From Alphaproteobacteria bacterium (GTDB lineage: Bacteria; Pseudomonadota; Alphaproteobacteria; JAAXGF01), in the NCBI GenBank assembly GCA_963555825.3, contig CAUVXB020000001.1, forward strand, positions 2,144,001 to 2,208,000: a stretch of 64,000 nt of DNA, given 5' to 3'. This document shows positions 55,736 through 64,000 of the stretch, one piece after another; positions within the stretch are counted from its first letter, which is position 1, and every line of letters starts with the position of its first letter. Position numbers and translations under genes: made by a program. Under the pieces are notes generated by a model. That model was not told the origin of the DNA and searched no databases. It worked only from the letters and a program-made list of their open reading frames with translations.

Positions 55736-55858
55736 TTCACGCGGAGACGCGGAGCGGTCAAGTTGGTCGAAACGCGGCTCATTCAATGCGTTAGGCCGGG
55801 GCGCGGCAGCCCCAATTCCCCCGCCGACGCGCTCCGCGTCTCCGCGTCTCCGCGTGAG
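55736..55858. repeat. (CGCGGAG)n inverted-repeat unit 1, no gene inside
   Basis: TTCACGCGGAGACGCGGAG ... CTCCGCGTCTCCGCGTCTCCGCGTGA. Confidence 0.85.
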
Positions 55859-55877
55859 TTCGGGGCACCATCTATTC

Positions 55878-55944
55878 GGTGTCAGACACCAATTTTACCT
55901 ATTATTTTCAATAATCTAACATACGAGAAATAGTGTCTGACCCC
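55878..55944. repeat. AT-rich miniature inverted-repeat element
   Basis: GGTGTCAGACACCAATTT ... AAATAGTGTCTGACCCC. Confidence 0.7.
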
Positions 55945-55989
55945 ATTAAGTTCCGGAGTTCGTTTGGGGGTGGCGGCGCGGTGGTGGGC

Positions 55990-56108
55990 TCAGATGATGG
56001 CGTGGCGCACCTTGGCCGAGACCCACTCGCTGACCACCACCGTGGCGATGATGATGAGCAGGATGACGGCGGCCGGATCGAACTCGTAGCGATCGAAGGC
56101 GGTGTTCG
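55990..56108 (-). pseudogene. C-terminal fragment of a PhnE-like ABC permease
   Basis: NTAFDRYEFDPAAVILLIIIATVVVSEWVSAKVRHAII* with no upstream gene body. Confidence 0.6.
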
Positions 56109-56144
56109 GCGTCGCGCCCTCCGGGCCGCCGCGCGCCCCAAAGC

Positions 56145-56717
56145 CTAATCGTTGCCAACGGTTCGATTCACGCGGCGGCGCGGAGACGCGGCGTAGACGA
56201 TTTGCCGGCGCAATGGGTCGCCTTCGGGCACGCGGGGATGGTCGAAATCGCGCGACGGATCACGGCTCATGCCGATGCGTTTCATGACGTTGACCGAAGA
56301 TGTGTTGGCCGTCGCGGTATAGGCGACGACTTCATCGATCCGCAGATTTGAGAAGCCATGGTCGAGCCATTTCTCGGCGGCTTCGGTGGCATAGCCGTTG
56401 CCGACGAATTGCGGATCGAGCTGCCAGCCGATTTCGAAATGCACATCATCCGAAAATGGCAAATAGTCCGGCACGGGCCGAATGCCGACGTCACCGATAA
56501 CGGCGCCGTCGGCTTTTCGCTCGACGACGGCATAGCCACAGCCTGTCTCGGTTATGGTCTCGATCTGCTTGTCGATGAAGTCGTCCGACTCGGCGGGCGT
56601 TACGACACCCGTATGATAGATCCGCGTTTGCGGGTTACCGGCGATCGTGGCGAACACGGGCCGATCTTCAGCGCGGTGGTTGCGGATGATGAGGCGCTCG
56701 GTTTCAAAGATGATCAA
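56145..56717 (-). CDS. RimJ/RimL-type GNAT acetyltransferase, inside repeat unit 2
   Basis: FETERL, EIGW, GNGYATEAA, N..S..VMKRIGM, FDHP. Confidence 0.9.
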   Translation of the reverse strand: MIIFETERLIIRNHRAEDRPVFATIAGNPQTRIYHTGVVTPAESDDFIDKQIETITETGCGYAVVERKADGAVIGDVGIRPVPDYLPFSDDVHFEIGWQLDPQFVGNGYATEAAEKWLDHGFSNLRIDEVVAYTATANTSSVNVMKRIGMSRDPSRDFDHPRVPEGDPLRRQIVYAASPRRRVNRTVGND

Positions 56718-56753
56718 TTAACCCCCCTCCGCGTCCTCCGCGCCTCCGCGTGC
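56167..56753. repeat. (CGCGGAG)n inverted-repeat unit 2 enclosing the GNAT gene
   Basis: Arms at 56167-56193 and 56727-56753. Confidence 0.85.
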
Positions 56754-56769
56754 TCATCTTGAGCCGCAC

Positions 56770-57213
56770 CTAACGACCATCACCGTTTCGATTCACGCGG
56801 AGACGCGGAGACGCGGAGGGTTCAAGATCATTAACGATCCGCTTGAGTCCCTCTTTAAGCGTCGGCGCGCCGAAATTGATCAACAATCCGACCGACAAAT
56901 TCATGAGACGCAGATAGGTCAGCACCTGCTTCGGGTGAACGGATTGAAGCCGCTCGACCGACTTGATTTCAACGACAACGCGCGACTCGACCAGCAAATC
57001 CACGCGGAGCCCGTCATCGAAATGCAGGCCGTCATAGTCGAACGATACCGGTTTCTGCCGCTCGACCAGCAAGCCGCACCGCTGCAAATCGCGCGCCAGC
57101 ACCGTCTCATAGACTGACTCCAGCAAGCCCGGCCCAAGCCCCGTGTGTAGCTTGTATGCCGCGTCGACAATCTCGCCGGTGACGTCGTCCAATGATTCCG
57201 CCGTTGTCATCAA
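56770..57213 (-). CDS. GxxExxY protein (PD-(D/E)xK nuclease fold)
   Basis: LGPGLLESVY, RVDLLVE..VVVEIKS, QVLTYL, GLLINFG. Confidence 0.93.
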   Translation of the reverse strand: MMTTAESLDDVTGEIVDAAYKLHTGLGPGLLESVYETVLARDLQRCGLLVERQKPVSFDYDGLHFDDGLRVDLLVESRVVVEIKSVERLQSVHPKQVLTYLRLMNLSVGLLINFGAPTLKEGLKRIVNDLEPSASPRLRVNRNGDGR

Positions 57214-57244
57214 TCTTCTCGGCGTCCTCCGCGCCTCCGCGTGC
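56792..57244. repeat. (CGCGGAG)n inverted-repeat unit 3 enclosing the GxxExxY gene
   Basis: Arms at 56792-56818 and 57218-57244. Confidence 0.88.
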
Positions 57245-57279
57245 CCCGTCTAGCTGTTAACTGTTACCGGCCGTTTAAG

Positions 57280-57430
57280 TCACGCGGAGACGCGGAGTGC
57301 GCGGAGAACTCGAGATCATTCACGCCCCGTGCGAAACCCGTAAGCCGCGTCAACAATCTCGCCGGCGGCGCCGTCGAAAGCCTTTACTGTCACCATTAAA
57401 CTACTCCGCGTCCTCCGCGTCTCCGCGTGC
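57280..57430 (-). mobile_element. Unit 4: internally deleted GxxExxY derivative between the same inverted repeats (MITE-like)
   Basis: Arms 57280-57306 and 57404-57430; interior encodes MVTVKAFDGAAGEIVDAAY joined to sequence matching the GxxExxY 3' end. Confidence 0.75.
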
Positions 57431-57455
57431 CCCCTATTGTTTCGCTGACGCCCGC

Positions 57456-59588
57456 CTATGGCCCGCGGCGGCGCTTCTTCGACTTGCGCTGCTGGAAGGC
57501 GCCGTGGCGGCCGCGGCCGTAGGGCTGGCCGGGCGCACCGACCTTGGCCTTGTGATGGCGCGGCACGACGCCGAGCTCGATCGCCTCGAGGCGCTGGATC
57601 TCGTCGCGCAGCCGGGCGGCCTCCTCGAACTCGAGGTCTGCGGCGGCGGCGCGCATGCGCTTGTTCAGATCGGCCAGGTGCGTCTTGAGGTTGTCGCCGA
57701 CCAGGTGAAGCACGTCGCCGGTGTCGACCGTCACGTAATCGGCCTCGGCGACCGAATGCAGGATGTCGTTGACCTGTTTGCGCACGCTCTCGGGCGTGAT
57801 GCCGTTGGCCGCGTTGAACGCCTGTTGCTTCTCGCGCCGCCGGTTGGTCTCGCCGATCGCCGCCTCCAGGCTCCGGGTCATCTTGTCGGCGTAGAGCACA
57901 ACGCGGCCGTCGATGTTGCGCGCGGCGCGGCCGATTGTCTGCACCAGCGAGGTCTGCGAGCGCAGGAAGCCCTCCTTGTCGGCGTCGAGGATGGCGACCA
58001 GCGCGCATTCCGGGATGTCGAGCCCCTCGCGCAACAGGTTGATGCCGACCAGCACGTCGAAGGCGCCGAGGCGCAGGTCGCGGATGATCTCGATACGCTC
58101 CAGGGTGTCGATGTCGGAATGCAGGTAGCGCACCCGGATGCCCGCCTCGTGCATGTACTCGGTGAGGTCCTCGGCCATGCGCTTGGTCAGCGTGGTGACC
58201 AGCACGCGTTGTCCCTTGGCGGCGCAGTCGCGGCACTCGGCCATCAGGTCGTCGACCTGGTTCTCGACCGGACGCACGATGCAGACCGGATCGATCAGCC
58301 CGGTCGGGCGGATCAGCTGCTCGGTGAAGACGCCGCCGGTGCGGCCGAGCTCCCACGGCCCCGGCGTCGCCGAGACGTAAATCGCCTGCGGCCGCATGGC
58401 GTCCCATTCCTCGAACTTCAGGGGCCGGTTGTCGATGCAGCTCGGCAGCCGGAAGCCGAAATCGGCGAGCGTCGATTTGCGGTTGAAGTCGCCGCGATAC
58501 ATGCCGCCCAGCTGGGGCACCGCGACGTGGCTCTCGTCGACGAAGATCAGCGCGTTGTCGGGCAGATACTCGATCAGTGTCGGCGGCGGCTCGCCCGGCG
58601 CGCGCCCGGTCAGGAAGCGTGAATAGTTCTCGATGCCGGCGCAGTGGCCGACCGTCTCGAGCATCTCCAGATCGAAGGTCGTGCGCTGCTCGAGCCGCTC
58701 GGCCTCCAAGAGCTTGCCGTTGTCGCGGAACCAGGCCAAACGCTCCTTGAGCTCGGCGCGGATGCCGACGATGGCCTGCTTGAGCGTCGGGCGCGGCGTC
58801 ACGTAGTGGCTGTTGGCGTAGACCTTGACCGCCTCGAGCGCCGCGGTCTTGTGGCCGGTCAGCGGGTCGAATTCGACGATCTCCTCGATCTCCTCGCCGA
58901 AGAGCGACAGCCGCCAGGCCCTGTCCTCGTAGTGCGCGGGGAATATCTCGACGACGTCGCCGCGCACCCGGAAGCAGCCGCGCGTGAAGTCCGCATCGTT
59001 GCGCCGGTACTGCAGCTCGACGAGTTGGCGCAGCAATTGCGCGCGGTCCACCTGGCCGCCGACCTTCAACTCGATGATCATCCGCGCGTAGGTCTCGGGC
59101 GAGCCGATGCCGTAGATGCACGACACCGAGGCGACGATGATGACGTTGTCGTTCTCGAGCAGCGCGCGGGTCGCCGAGTGGCGCATGCGGTCGATCTGCT
59201 CGTTGATCGAGGCGTCCTTCTCGATATAGGTGTCGGTGCGCGGCACGTAGGCCTCGGGCTGGTAGTAGTCATAATACGAGACGAAATACTCCGCCGCGTC
59301 GTCGGGGAAGAAATTCTTGAACTCGCCGTAGAGCTGGGCCGCCAGCGTCTTGTTCGGCGCCAGCACCAGCGCCGGCCGGCCGACCCGCTCGATCACCTTG
59401 GCCATGGTGTAGGTCTTGCCCGAGCCGGTGACGCCCAACAGCACCTGATCGCGCTCGCCTTGCGCCAGCCCGGCGACCAGCTCCTCGATCGCCTTCGGCT
59501 GATCCCCCGCCGGCCGGTAGTCGGAGACGAGGCGGAACGGGCCGGTTTTGGGCGGGGATGCGGGGTGCGTTGCAACTTGGCTTGGCAT
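57456..59588 (-). CDS. uvrB: Excinuclease ABC subunit B
   Basis: [32 protein letters not shown]-terminal UVR domain. Confidence 0.97.
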   Translation of the reverse strand: MPSQVATHPASPPKTGPFRLVSDYRPAGDQPKAIEELVAGLAQGERDQVLLGVTGSGKTYTMAKVIERVGRPALVLAPNKTLAAQLYGEFKNFFPDDAAEYFVSYYDYYQPEAYVPRTDTYIEKDASINEQIDRMRHSATRALLENDNVIIVASVSCIYGIGSPETYARMIIELKVGGQVDRAQLLRQLVELQYRRNDADFTRGCFRVRGDVVEIFPAHYEDRAWRLSLFGEEIEEIVEFDPLTGHKTAALEAVKVYANSHYVTPRPTLKQAIVGIRAELKERLAWFRDNGKLLEAERLEQRTTFDLEMLETVGHCAGIENYSRFLTGRAPGEPPPTLIEYLPDNALIFVDESHVAVPQLGGMYRGDFNRKSTLADFGFRLPSCIDNRPLKFEEWDAMRPQAIYVSATPGPWELGRTGGVFTEQLIRPTGLIDPVCIVRPVENQVDDLMAECRDCAAKGQRVLVTTLTKRMAEDLTEYMHEAGIRVRYLHSDIDTLERIEIIRDLRLGAFDVLVGINLLREGLDIPECALVAILDADKEGFLRSQTSLVQTIGRAARNIDGRVVLYADKMTRSLEAAIGETNRRREKQQAFNAANGITPESVRKQVNDILHSVAEADYVTVDTGDVLHLVGDNLKTHLADLNKRMRAAAADLEFEEAARLRDEIQRLEAIELGVVPRHHKAKVGAPGQPYGRGRHGAFQQRKSKKRRRGP

Positions 59589-59664
59589 GGGTTCTATATA
59601 GGGGCAAGGGGGTCAGAATTTCCAGGGTCGCGGCCCTGAAGGAACCAAAACAGCGGAGAATTCG

Positions 59665-61281
59665 ATGACCAAATCCATCTCACCACAAGCGCTCCACGAC
59701 GCGCTGACCGACGGCGGCGAGATCGCGCTTCTCGACGTGCGTGAGGAGGGCGTGTTCGCCAAGCGCCATATCCTGCGGGCGTGTCCGATGGCGCTGTCCA
59801 GGCTCGAGATCATGGTCGCCAAGCTGGTGCCCCGGCGCGGCTGCCGCGTCGTGCTATGCGATGCGGGGGATGGGCTCTCGGAGCGCGCCGCCGCGCGGCT
59901 CGCCGGGTTCGGTTATGGCGAGGTCGCGGTGCTCGCCGGCGGGGTCGAGGCTTGGGCGGCGGCAGGCTACGAGCTCTACGCCGGCGTCAACGTGCCGTCG
60001 AAGGCGTTCGGCGAGTTCGTCGAGGTGACCTATGGCACACCGCGCATCTCAGCCGCCGAGCTCGATGCGCGGCGCGCGGCGGACGACGACCTGGTCATCC
60101 TCGACAGCCGGCCGATGACCGAATTCCGCAACATGTCGATCCCGGGCGGGCTCGACTGTCCGGGCGCCGAGCTCGCATACCGGGTGCACGACGCGGTTTC
60201 GTCGGCCGCGACCACCGTGGTGGTCAACTGCGCCGGGCGGACGCGCTCGATCATCGGCGCCCAGTCGTTGATCAACGCCGGCGTCGCCAACCCGGTGGTC
60301 GCGCTCGAGAACGGCACCATGGGCTGGCACCTCGCCGGGCTCGAGTTGGCGCGCGGCGCCGAGCAGCGGGCACCCGAGGTCTCGGCGGACGGGCTCGAAA
60401 TATCCCGCGAAGCCGCCGCGCGGGTCGCCGCGCGCTTCGGCGTCAAGACAATCGACGCGGCTACGTTGGCGCGCTTCGAGGCCGAAAGCGACCAACGCAG
60501 CCTGTTCGTCTTCGACGTGCGCAACCCCGAGGAATTCGAGGCCGGCCACCGCGCGGGCGCGCGGCTCGCCGCCGGCGGCCAGCTGGTCCAGGCGACCGAC
60601 CGCTACGTCGGCACGCAGAACGCGCGCTTCGTGCTGGTCGACGACACCGGCGTGCGTGCCACCATGACCGCGTCGTGGCTGATCCAAATGGGCTGGCGCG
60701 ACACCTATGTGCTCGAAAGCGGTCTTGGCGTGCTGGCGGGCGGGCTGGGCGATGAACCGCTGGTGGCGGGGCCCGAGCCCGCCGAGGTGCTCGGCCTCGA
60801 GGCGATCGAATGCGGCGAGGTCACGGCCGCCGCGCTCGACGACTTGCTCGCCGCCGGCGAGGCCACGGTGGTCGACCTCGAGACGAGTCTCCGCTATCGC
60901 GACGGCCACATCCCGGGCGCCTGGTTCGCGGTGCGCGCGCGCTTTGCCGACAGCCTCGCCAGGGTGCCGGTCGCCGGTACGCTGGTGCTGACCTCGCCCG
61001 ACGGGCTGCTCGCCCGGCTCGCCGCGCCCGATTCCGCGGCGCTGACCGACGCTCCGGTCAAGCTGTTGGCCGGCGGCACCGAGGCGTGGCGCGCCGCCGG
61101 CCTGCCGCTCGAGACCGGGCATACGAACATGGCCGACGAGCCTGACGACATCTTCTACCGGCCCTACGACGACAGCCGCAGCGTCGAGCAGGCGATGAAC
61201 GACTATCTGGTCTGGGAGGTCGGCCTGGTCGAGCAGATCGCGCGCGACGGCACGATCGGTTTCGAGCCCTGGCCGGTATGA
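59665..61281 (+). CDS. Four-domain rhodanese-like sulfurtransferase
   Basis: DVRE, DSRP, CAGRTRS, DVRN, GHIPGA repeats. Confidence 0.88.
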   Translation: MTKSISPQALHDALTDGGEIALLDVREEGVFAKRHILRACPMALSRLEIMVAKLVPRRGCRVVLCDAGDGLSERAAARLAGFGYGEVAVLAGGVEAWAAAGYELYAGVNVPSKAFGEFVEVTYGTPRISAAELDARRAADDDLVILDSRPMTEFRNMSIPGGLDCPGAELAYRVHDAVSSAATTVVVNCAGRTRSIIGAQSLINAGVANPVVALENGTMGWHLAGLELARGAEQRAPEVSADGLEISREAAARVAARFGVKTIDAATLARFEAESDQRSLFVFDVRNPEEFEAGHRAGARLAAGGQLVQATDRYVGTQNARFVLVDDTGVRATMTASWLIQMGWRDTYVLESGLGVLAGGLGDEPLVAGPEPAEVLGLEAIECGEVTAAALDDLLAAGEATVVDLETSLRYRDGHIPGAWFAVRARFADSLARVPVAGTLVLTSPDGLLARLAAPDSAALTDAPVKLLAGGTEAWRAAGLPLETGHTNMADEPDDIFYRPYDDSRSVEQAMNDYLVWEVGLVEQIARDGTIGFEPWPV

Positions 61282-62135
61282 CCGCCTCGCCGCCCGTCTT
61301 CGACCTGCCGCTTACCGACGACGCGATCGCCGCCTATGGTTGCGACGGCGTGGTCATGGTGCGCGGCGTGTTCGACTCAAGCCTGCGCGCCGCGATGGCG
61401 GCCGGCATGGCGGCGGCCGAGCGACGACCGAGCCCGCGCACCGCCCTCTACACCGAGCCTGGCTCCGACCAGCGTTTTTTCTACGATGCGCCGATGTGGG
61501 GCGATCTCGCTCAGTTCGACGCCGTCGCGGCGAACTCGCCGGCGGCCGAGATTGCCGGACGGTTGATGGGCGGCGGCCAAGCGCGCTATTTCTACACGTC
61601 GCTCTTCCATCGCAGCCCGGGCACCGCGCGGCGCACGCCGTGGCACCAGGACGGACCGTACTGGTGCGCGCGCGGCACGGGCATCAGCTCGTGGACGCCG
61701 CTCGACCCCCTGCCCCGCGAATGCGCGCTCGAGTTCGTGCGCGGCTCGCACGCCTGGCGCGCCCGCTACCAGCGCCCCGACTTCAGCGCGATGGTCCGCG
61801 AAGGCTATCTCGAGGACGACGCCGTCGAGGACACCCCGCTGCCCGACATCGAGGCCGACCGCGGATCGTACGACATCATCGCCTGGGACATGGCCCCGGG
61901 CGACTGCGTCTTCTTTAGCTCGATGGTGCTGCACGGCGGCTGCGCGGTGCTGCCCGCCGGCCAGGACCTGCGCGCGGTGTCGATGCAATGGCTCGGCGAC
62001 GACGCGGTCTACCGCCCCCACCCGGGCGGCACCGACCCCGACGTCACCCCGGTGATCGAGGCGCAAGGCGTTTCGCCCGGCGACGCCATCGACTGTCCGG
62101 CCTGCCCGGTCTTGTGGCCGCGCGCCGCCGCTTAG
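61278..62135 (+). CDS. Phytanoyl-CoA dioxygenase family Fe(II)/2OG enzyme
   Basis: TPWHQD, GSH, PGD..LHG motifs. Confidence 0.88.
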   Translation: MTASPPVFDLPLTDDAIAAYGCDGVVMVRGVFDSSLRAAMAAGMAAAERRPSPRTALYTEPGSDQRFFYDAPMWGDLAQFDAVAANSPAAEIAGRLMGGGQARYFYTSLFHRSPGTARRTPWHQDGPYWCARGTGISSWTPLDPLPRECALEFVRGSHAWRARYQRPDFSAMVREGYLEDDAVEDTPLPDIEADRGSYDIIAWDMAPGDCVFFSSMVLHGGCAVLPAGQDLRAVSMQWLGDDAVYRPHPGGTDPDVTPVIEAQGVSPGDAIDCPACPVLWPRAAA

Positions 62136-62149
62136 ACGCGCTCGCGGCC

Positions 62150-63181
62150 ATGGTGGCTGCTGCGGCCACGCTCGCGCTCGCCGCTGGCCCGGCGCCGGGC
62201 GATGCGCTCGACCTTTGCTACGAGGCCGAGATCGCGCGCGCCGATGGCGAGGCCGAGCGCGCCATCGTCTACTACACGCGCTGCATCGCCGGCGGTGCGC
62301 TGGCGCCGGCCAACCTGGCGACCGCCTACAACAACCGGGGCGTCGCCTATCACGACCAGGGGCTCTACGACCAGGCCATCATCGATTACGGCCGCGCGAT
62401 CGACGTCCGGCCCGACTACGCCAACGCGTACTACAACCGGGGCGGCACCCGTCACGAAACCGGCGACTACGTGGCCGCGTTGGCCGACTTCGACGCCGCC
62501 ATCGGGCTCGCGCCAAACGACGCCGACGCCTATGTCGCGCGCGCCAACACGCATCACGACATCGGCGCGTTCGCAGCCGCGGTCGCCGACTACTCGGCCG
62601 CGCTCGAGCGTAGGCCGGGCGACGTCGTCGCGTTGAACAGTCGCGGCATCGCCTATGCCGACACCGGCGCCTACGCCCAGGCGCTCGCCGACTACGATAC
62701 GGCGATCGGACTGGCGCCCGGTTTCACCGAGGTGTTGCTCAACCGTGGTCGGACGCGTTTCTACATGGGCCGCTTCGCCGACGCCGTGCCCGACCTCGCC
62801 GCCGCCGTATCGGCCGAACCCGATGACGCCTACCGCAGGGCCTGGCTCTATCTGGCCGAGGCGCGCGCCGGCCACGGCGGCCAAAATGCGCTGGCCGCCA
62901 ACGCGGGGCGCCTCGACTTCGGCGTCTGGCCGGGCGCCGTGATCGCGCTGCTGCTCGGCCGCACCGACGTCGCGACGGTCGCCGGTTTCGGCGCGGGCTC
63001 GGCGAGCCGCGCCGGGCGCGAGCGACGCTGCGAGGCCTATTTCTACATCGGCCAGTACCAGCTTCTCGACGGCGACAGAGTGGGCGCGGCGCGGTCCTTC
63101 CGCAGCGTGCTCGAGACCGGCGTCACCAATTTCGTCGAGTACCAGGGCGCCCGCGCCGAACTGGCGCGGCTGGCGAACTGA
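62150..63181 (+). CDS. TPR protein (NlpI-like)
   Basis: AYNNRG TPR repeats, CEAYFYIG, FVEY C-terminus; start uncertain. Confidence 0.85.
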   Translation: MVAAAATLALAAGPAPGDALDLCYEAEIARADGEAERAIVYYTRCIAGGALAPANLATAYNNRGVAYHDQGLYDQAIIDYGRAIDVRPDYANAYYNRGGTRHETGDYVAALADFDAAIGLAPNDADAYVARANTHHDIGAFAAAVADYSAALERRPGDVVALNSRGIAYADTGAYAQALADYDTAIGLAPGFTEVLLNRGRTRFYMGRFADAVPDLAAAVSAEPDDAYRRAWLYLAEARAGHGGQNALAANAGRLDFGVWPGAVIALLLGRTDVATVAGFGAGSASRAGRERRCEAYFYIGQYQLLDGDRVGAARSFRSVLETGVTNFVEYQGARAELARLAN

Positions 63182-63415
63182 CACTTGGCTACAAGACGCC
63201 AAAAACGGAAGGTCGCGCGAATCGAACACTCAATCGGGTTCCGTCCACCGAACTCAATCGGTCGAACGACCGGCCCCCCAATCATCGGACGTGGCTTTCC
63301 ACCGATCATACAATCCTGCATTCGTTTTTCATTGCTACTTATAAAAGAAATTACTGATTTAAAACGCTATCATTGGCCACCGAGGATCATTGCGAAACCC
63401 AGTAGGGAGAGTTCG

Positions 63416-64000
63416 ATGCTATCATTCTTGAACACCAAAGGTTCGACTGCGGCACTGGCTCTAACGATTGTCCTTTCTCTCGCTGCAATGCCGACCATGG
63501 CGGTCGCGGACGATCGACTGCGCTTCATCGTCTTCGGCGACGCCCCCTACTCGGATGAGCAGAGTCGTGAACTGGAAGAAGACCTCGCTCCGATGATCCG
63601 GGAGGCCAAAGTTCCGTTCTTGATTCACTTGGGCGATTTCAAAGGTAGCAAGGAATCTTGCACCAAACTCTTGATCCGGAAGCGCTACAATCAGCTCATG
63701 AATTTGCATCCGAGACCGGTATTTTACACGCCGGGTGACAATGAATGGACCGATTGCGACCACACCAAAAAATTGGAACCGAAGGATCGGCGTCCCGAAT
63801 TGGAGCGACTCGATTTCCTGCGCACCCTAATCAGGTCCAGACCCCTGACGCTACCGGACGGTTGGAACTATGCCCGCCAACCGAATTTCCCCGAGAACGC
63901 GCGTTGGACGCAGGGTAAGGTGATGTTCGCGACCGTCCATATCGTCGGCACCAACAACGGCCGCCATTATATCGACAAGGATGATATCGAGAGGGCGCTG
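63416..64000 (+). CDS. Exported calcineurin-like metallophosphoesterase, truncated by the window edge
   Basis: Signal peptide, FGDAPY, HLGDFK, TPGDNEWTDC; frame open to the end. Confidence 0.82.
   Translation, partial: MLSFLNTKGSTAALALTIVLSLAAMPTMAVADDRLRFIVFGDAPYSDEQSRELEEDLAPMIREAKVPFLIHLGDFKGSKESCTKLLIRKRYNQLMNLHPRPVFYTPGDNEWTDCDHTKKLEPKDRRPELERLDFLRTLIRSRPLTLPDGWNYARQPNFPENARWTQGKVMFATVHIVGTNNGRHYIDKDDIERAL

Noticed and set aside
55736-57430. CRISPR array interpretation of the CGCGGAG repeats
   Set aside because: The repeats alternate in orientation, spacing is irregular and includes whole genes, and there are no cas genes in the window.
63225-63320. Short CAATC/ACTCAATCGG repeats upstream of the last gene
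   Set aside because: Too short and irregular to support an array or operator call.

Overview
GC-rich bacterial chromosomal segment, probably alphaproteobacterial. It starts with mlaA-mlaC-ettA. A lower-GC accessory island follows (about 3.6-16.4 kb) with seven IS copies (3 IS630, 2 IS1182-like, 2 IS256). These split four of its five resident genes; three rejoin exactly at their target-site duplications and one with a single mismatched base. The island's gene blocks are separated by three copies of a 24-bp dyad site, GTCGCACAA-N6-TTTYGCGAC. The rest is mostly metabolic: two Rieske oxygenases, two cyclase-TPR proteins, a PLP decarboxylase, aguB, upp, a dimethylformamidase-like pair, a PhnR-regulated ABC transporter, a Mo oxidoreductase, a PNPOx-MOSC-reductase-ferredoxin fusion, kce, msrP, an aminotransferase, DUF1538/P-II/CBS, uvrB and a rhodanese. 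The most striking structure lies just downstream of uvrB (55.7-57.4 kb): four tandem units bounded by the same inverted (CGCGGAG)n repeats. One carries a GxxExxY nuclease-fold gene, one an internally deleted copy of it, one a GNAT gene in the same slot, and one is empty. A structured 80-100 bp repeat with compensatory changes occurs four times. Several noisy duplications and single-base lesions suggest long-read assembly errors. All assignments come from reading the sequence; no searches were run.
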